61,254 bases of DNA from Patescibacteria group bacterium UBA6263 (lineage in GTDB: Bacteria; Patescibacteriota; Gracilibacteria; Absconditabacterales; Absconditicoccaceae): positions 4,514 to 65,767 of the forward strand of contig DJVF01000011.1 in NCBI GenBank assembly GCA_002441085.1, in the 5' to 3' direction. The notes beneath the pieces are model-generated. The model had not been told where the DNA came from. It made no database searches and saw only the letters and a program-made list of their open reading frames with translations. The translations under genes and the position numbers were made by a program. Shown here in pieces: positions 59,591-61,254 of the stretch (the first letter of the stretch is position 1; every line of letters begins with the position of its first letter).

Positions 59591-60034
59591 TTAAGAATTA
59601 TTTTGGTGAATGACTGTTTTGATATCATCTAATTTGTATCATTTTTTGATCAGTTTTTGTATTATTTCAAATCCTTCTATTGATTTTTTCTTGTAGATTT
59701 GAATTTCTTTGTTTATTTTTTTGTGTATTCATTGTAATATATCTTGGGAATTTTGATCTAATATATCTTGCACTATATCTGGATCTATTCATTTTTGGAT
59801 CAATTTTTGTTTGATTATTATTGGTGGTTTTCATTTATTTATCAACTCACTATTGATATAACTTTGGGTAAATTTTTGATCATCAACGTATCATAGATCT
59901 TTGAGTTTGGATATTGTGTTGTTTACTTCATCGGAACTAAATCATTTCTGAAAAAGTTTGATAGTCAATTCTTTTTGAGTTTTGGGGTAACGTGAAATGT
60001 ATTTGATAGCAAATTGGAAGCAAGTATTGGTCAT
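59591..60034 (-). CDS. recX: RecX-like regulatory protein
   Basis: AIKYISRYPKTQKELTIKLFQKGFSSDEVNNTISKLKDLGYVDDQKFTQSYI..KQKLIQKGID shows the three-repeat helical pattern. Confidence 0.7.
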
Positions 60035-60061
60035 AAATTGAATTTTATAAATTTTAAAGTC

Positions 60062-60685
60062 TTATTTTTTGAGAGCAAAATTGATTGTAGACTCTTCGTT
60101 TGTAAAAAGAGCAAAAATATTTCAATCTGGTTTTTTGTTTTCTTTGGTAATGGTGTTTAATAATGCTTCTCATTTTAGAAAATCTACAAACTCTTGTATA
60201 ATTTCGCTCAAAGTATTGTCATCTGTTTGATAGATCATATCTACTTTGGAGTCTACACTATAATCAGCGTCTTTTCTCATTTGATTTATAAATCTAGATA
60301 TTTCACGAGCTATTCATTCTTTTTGTAATTGAGGAGATATTTCCAAGTCTAATTTGGCTATAATATTTCAATCTACGGCTATATCATTTCAGTCTATTCA
60401 TTGATAAGCTATTTCATAATCTTCTTTTGATAATATTCGTTCATTTTTTTGATCGTCAAAAACCTTTATTTTTGAATCTTGTAGTTCTACAATATTTCAT
60501 TGTTTGGAAAATTGTATGATTTTGCCTGTGTCTTTGGTAAATTTTGATGAGATTTGAGATCATATAGGTTTGTATATTTTGCTAATGTTTAGAGAATCTG
60601 GAAGTATATCTATTTTTTTGACATTTACCTCTTCTTGTATGATATCTCAATATTTATTTAATAGATTTTGTAACTCTTGAGTCAT
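60062..60685 (-). CDS. stand-alone IleRS C-terminal domain protein (207 aa)
   Basis: YGDIIQEEVNVKKIDIL, KPIGSQISSKFTKDTGKI and LDLEISPQLQKEGIAREISRFINQMRKDADYSVDSKVDMIY. These match the segment that follows ..VRQPL.. in type 2 IleRS. Confidence 0.7.
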
Positions 60686-60857
60686 GCTAGGATTTTAAAA
60701 TTTAAAGTGATGTAAATATAAAAAAAGAGGAATAGAATTCAATTTGAAATATTTTGGAATTTTTTGTGATTATGTTAAATTCTATTTTATTTACTCTTGA
60801 TAATAATTATTTTATTATTATTTTTTGAATAATAGTTTTATATTGTGTTTTATCGAT

Positions 60858-61055
60858 ATGATTTTAAAAAAATTTCTAAAAAATTTGCATAAACTTAGTA
60901 TCTGGGATTGGGGTATTTTTAAATTGTGTTTGGTTGCATTTACTTTGATGTTGGCAGTTTTGATACCCTCATTGACGAGAGTAGATCGATGGATTTATGC
61001 TATAATTTGGATTGTTACTTATATTTATGTGCTAAAGAAAATAGGTGCCAAATAA
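60858..61055 (+). CDS. small membrane protein (65 aa)
   Basis: An ATG lies inside the 60825 track ORF. Two hydrophobic helices and a TAA stop. Confidence 0.4.
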   Translation: MILKKFLKNLHKLSIWDWGIFKLCLVAFTLMLAVLIPSLTRVDRWIYAIIWIVTYIYVLKKIGAK

Positions 61056-61101
61056 GTAGCATTAAATAAATATTTGTTTAATTTATATTATAATTACTAT
61101 A

Positions 61102-61254
61102 ATGGAAGTATTTTTGAATTATGTGATAGTGGGTAATACTGTGTATGATTATTTGATTATGTTGGGTATAGCTTTGGTATTGTATGTGTTGCTTATGTTA
61201 TTTAGAGGATATCTCTTGAAAAAAGCTATACTTTTGGCAGAAAAAACTCAATAT
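61102..61254 (+). CDS. N-terminus of a further MscS-like channel (partial, runs off the right edge)
   Basis: MEVFLNYVIVGNTVYDYLIMLGIALVLYVLLMLFRGYLLKKAILLAEKTQY is typical of an MscS N-terminal TM region. Only 51 codons are visible. Confidence 0.45.
   Translation, partial: MEVFLNYVIVGNTVYDYLIMLGIALVLYVLLMLFRGYLLKKAILLAEKTQY

Noticed and set aside
1-61254. The fragmented ORF track could mean a heavily pseudogenised or low-quality sequence.
   Set aside because: All interruptions are TGA, never TAA or TAG. They fall on conserved Gly positions, and frames stay continuous for up to 4.1 kb. This is recoding, not decay.
1-61254. TGA could encode tryptophan (table 4, Mycoplasma-like).
   Set aside because: TGA sits in GxxGxGK P-loops, the GPEGG motif, YEGYGPGG and the prepilin -1 Gly, where Trp is impossible. 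Trp positions are instead covered by TGG, CGA and CGG.
1-61254. I searched for CRISPR arrays, rRNA genes, transposases, integrases, toxin-antitoxin pairs and restriction-modification genes.
   Set aside because: I found no regularly spaced direct repeats, no rRNA-like conserved blocks, and no ORF with DDE, tyrosine-recombinase, methyltransferase (DPPY/NPPY) or toxin motifs after re-translation.

Overview
This is a 61.3-kb, very AT-rich, gene-dense (about 90% coding) chromosomal segment. It looks like a candidate-phyla-radiation bacterium of the Absconditabacteria (SR1) / Gracilibacteria type. The supplied standard-code ORF track is fragmented because TGA is a sense codon here. It falls on invariant glycines such as P-loops and the pilin cleavage-site Gly, which indicates translation table 25. 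In addition, CGA and CGG fall on invariant tryptophan positions in at least seven unrelated conserved proteins, which indicates a second reassignment (Arg to Trp). I re-translated both strands by eye with TGA=Gly, checked every call for frame consistency, and ran no homology search. That supports about 59 protein genes, one tRNA-Leu(CAA), several intrinsic terminators, two promoter candidates and a small family of GC-rich palindromic repeats. Housekeeping content: murC, murE, a FemAB-family transferase, ssb, lepB, lspA, hsp20, rsmE, dnaG, efp, truB, an rlmD-like methyltransferase, rarA, recX, yebC, ileS, three MscS channels, a CorC/CNNM transporter, an M29 aminopeptidase and a DedA-PAP2 fusion. 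Accessory and unusual content: (1) a pilN-pilO-pilC operon followed by four pilin-like genes; (2) two divergent VirD4/TraD-like ATPases, one fused to a C-terminal S1 domain; (3) an IleRS carrying a Nudix insertion and two histidine-phosphatase-fold insertions, whose normal C-terminal domain is a separate gene 25 kb away on the other strand; (4) a DnaG primase with all four zinc ligands replaced; (5) a DnaQ-exonuclease fused to a degenerate DinG-like body, and a PriA remnant; (6) a translationally coupled module of a HExxH protein plus three large Cys-containing secreted proteins; (7) a tRNA-Leu 5' half duplicated next to the gene and interrupted by a GC-rich hairpin. I saw no CRISPR array, rRNA, transposase, integrase or recognisable defence system. 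Start codons may be off by a few codons. Family assignments rest on motifs I can read, not on searches.
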